DNA of 63,874 nt, filler included, from Octopus bimaculoides (Eukaryota), in NCBI RefSeq assembly GCF_001194135.2. It is 5 parts of 5 records of this genome, joined end to end, with 100 filler letters (N's around TTAATTAATTAA, not from the genome) between each part and the next. Parts side by side here need not be neighbours in the genome. Positions count along the whole stretch, not along the records: positions 60,381 to 62,612 come from NC_068991.1; positions 62,713 to 63,874 come from NC_068997.1; 3 more parts are not named here. One strand, 5' to 3'. This document shows positions 61,501-63,874 of the stretch, in pieces. The notes beneath the pieces are model-generated. The model saw nothing but the letters and a program-made list of their open reading frames with translations. It had not been told where the DNA came from and ran no database searches. Numbering within the stretch: position 1 is the stretch's first letter; each line of letters starts with the position of its first letter. Made by a program: the position numbers and the translations under genes.

Positions 61501-62125
61501 GCCACATTCCAGGGAGAAAAACTAGAAGTAGTTGATAGCTTCCGCTACCTAGGTGACCAAGTTTGTAGCAGGGGAGGGTGCGCTGAAAGCGTAGCTGCTA
61601 GAATAAGAATAGGCTGGGCAAAGTTTAGAGAGCTCTTACCTCTGCTGGTGACAAAGGGCCTCTCACTCAGAGTAAAAGGCAGACTGTATGAGGCATGTGG
61701 ACAAACAGCCATGCTACATCGCAGTGACACATGGGCCGTGACTGCTGATGACATGCGTAAGCTCGCAAGAAACAAAGCCAGTATGCTCCGATGGATGTGT
61801 AATGTCAGTGTGCATACTCGACAGAGTGTAAGTACCTTGAGAGAAAAGTTAGACTAAGAAGCATCAGTTGTGAGCAAAAGAGACGACTGCGCTGGTATGG
61901 ACATGTGGCAAAAATGGATGAGGATAGCTGTGTGAAAAAGTGTCACACCCCAGCAGGTGAAGGAACCAGTGGAAGAGGTAGACCCAGGAAAACCTGGGAC
62001 GAGGTGGTGAAACAAGACCTTCGAACTTTAGGCCTCACCGAGGCAATGACCAGTGACTGGGACCTTTGCAGTACATGAGAAGACCCGGCAAGCCAAGTGA
62101 GAGCATAAGTTGTGACCTCTGCCAG
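61501..62125 (+). mobile_element. RTE LINE 3' fragment
   Basis: ATFQGEKLEVVDSFRYLGDQV...ARIRIGWAKFREL...GRPRKTWDEVV. Confidence 0.88.
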
Positions 62126-62612
62126 AAGTGTGGCCAGCTCACTTATTCATATCTTTATTTCATTGGNNNNNNNNNNNNNNNNNNNNNNNNNNNNNNNNNN
62201 NNNNNNNNNNNNNNNNNNNNNNNNNNNNNNNNNNNNNNNNNNNNNNNNNNNNNNNNNNNNNNNNNNTCTCTCGACTCCAATGTTCCAATCGGACACTGCA
62301 GGTGCTTACAACAGCCGCAACCACCCACACCGATGTTCCAATAGGACATCGCAGGTGAACCCGCTATAGCGGAGAAGGCCCATTGGCCTAAGGCGGGTGG
62401 ACCTCCCAGCGGGCCCACCCCCTGCAGGGGAACAACCGATGCACTCACCCAACGCAGAGAGATCGGTCAGACCACATCTAATCAAGCCCCAGCATATCAT
62501 AGAATGTGGTTGTGGCATCGTTTGGCAGAAAGCACACCCACCTGTGACGGAGCCGTAGGTGTACCGCCCATGCAAGAACAGTGGGTCATAACGCATCAGG
62601 CCCCACGAAAGA

Positions 62613-62712
62613 NNNNNNNNNNNNNNNNNNNNNNNNNNNNNNNNNNNNNNNNNNNNTTAATTAATTAANNNNNNNNNNNNNNNNNNNNNNNNNNNNNNNN
62701 NNNNNNNNNNNN
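62613..62712. other. Artificial scaffold-join linker
   Basis: N44-TTAATTAATTAA-N44. Confidence 0.9.
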
Positions 62713-63843
62713 GTATATATATATGTATATATATATATATGCATATATATATGTTTATATAAATATATATATATACATATATATATATATTTGTGTGTGT
62801 GTGTGTGTATCCGTTTGTTTGTGAAAATTGAGAAAAATCCAAATATAATATCAATAAACGTTTTCTGTTTTGAGGAATACATTAATAATAAATATAACAC
62901 CAACAATAGTGACAAGATACAAATTATCATGTAACAAAATTTTAAAACAATAAAAGAAACACAACATGAACCAAGATAGACAAGAAAAAATATATAGCAT
63001 GTCTCCGAATATATCTAACGAAATATAAAAATGTGAAGCCAAATACAAAAGAAAAGTATTTAAATGGAAAAGTGATGCTCATATCATATGTGAAAATACG
63101 CAAAAATTTATCATTGCAGGTAGGAGAAAATATTTGGCAGCCATTTTGGATTACAAGGTGATATCAGAAAACTGGATGGATATAAGTGACATCCATTAAG
63201 AAGGAAAATGAAAGATATACATATAAAATATGCAAAAAAAAAACAAAAAAATAATAATAAAGCCATCCGAAAAGAAATAAAGAACGAAATAAAAGAATAA
63301 AAAAAGACTAAATACAGACTATTCTTCCTGGTTAACGAGAAATTTTTAAAGACAAAACAAGAATACGTACAATCATGCATCTCTCTATATATATCATTAT
63401 TACCGTTTTTCATTAATGAAGATTTGGACTAAATATATGCATCTCCGCTAGATATACATAAACATACGCATATAGTAAGTTTGTTAAAATATAAGAAACA
63501 ACACCACATAATGTGTATGTACATGTATGTGCGTGTGTGTGTGAGTATGTATACATTTATATGTGCGCATATCTGTGTATGAATGTACATATATATATGT
63601 GTGTGTGTGTGTATTTATGTTAGTAATATGTATATGTATATATAATGTACATCTATATATATGTATATACATACGTATGAATGTGTGCCTTGTGTGCGTG
63701 TATGCACGTAGGTACGTTTGTATGCATTTCAGTTAAATGTGCGATGAAGTCTTCTATTAATTCCTAAGACAGCAACACAAACAATGAGAAACTTATCGTC
63801 ATGAATGTTATACATACATGCATATACATCACAGGAAGATATA

Positions 63844-63874
<31 letters not shown>

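Noticed and set aside
62268-62612. GC-rich island as a gene or promoter
   Set aside because: Short, bounded by gaps, no convincing ORF; more likely the 5' region of a retroelement, but I cannot assign it.

Overview
AT-rich, repeat-saturated, gap-rich animal DNA that looks cephalopod, most likely Octopus. This is inferred from octopus-type tRNA-derived SINEs, the (GAT)n-tailed RTE family and microsatellite density. Four identical N44-TTAATTAATTAA-N44 linkers split it into five joined pieces (1-28140, 28241-42022, 42123-60280, 60381-62612, 62713-63874), so adjacency across them is uncertain. Host genes I can support: (1) first coding exon of a PSMD5-like gene (minus, 17059-17237); (2) head-to-head with it, the first six coding exons of a CCDC180/CFAP76-like ciliary gene (plus, 17725-27787), traceable only up to the first linker; (3) an intact single-coding-exon intracellular serpin (minus, 50136-51290). 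The rest is RTE LINE fragments, SINEs, hAT, Tc1/mariner, piggyBac-type and Helitron-type elements, Penelope and L1-like relics, and simple repeats. Most interesting points: a CrmA-like Asp at the 16th residue of the serpin reactive loop; that serpin sitting between duplicated TE-mosaic blocks next to a Helitron 3' end; an apparent +1 frameshift in CCDC180 exon 4 that a tandem GTAG-GT donor could compensate; and a compact bidirectional promoter with E2F-like, TCTCGCGAGA and RFX X-box motifs. I see no evidence for a novel multi-gene system. Protein homologies are from memory of the families, not computed alignments. Repeat boundaries are approximate.
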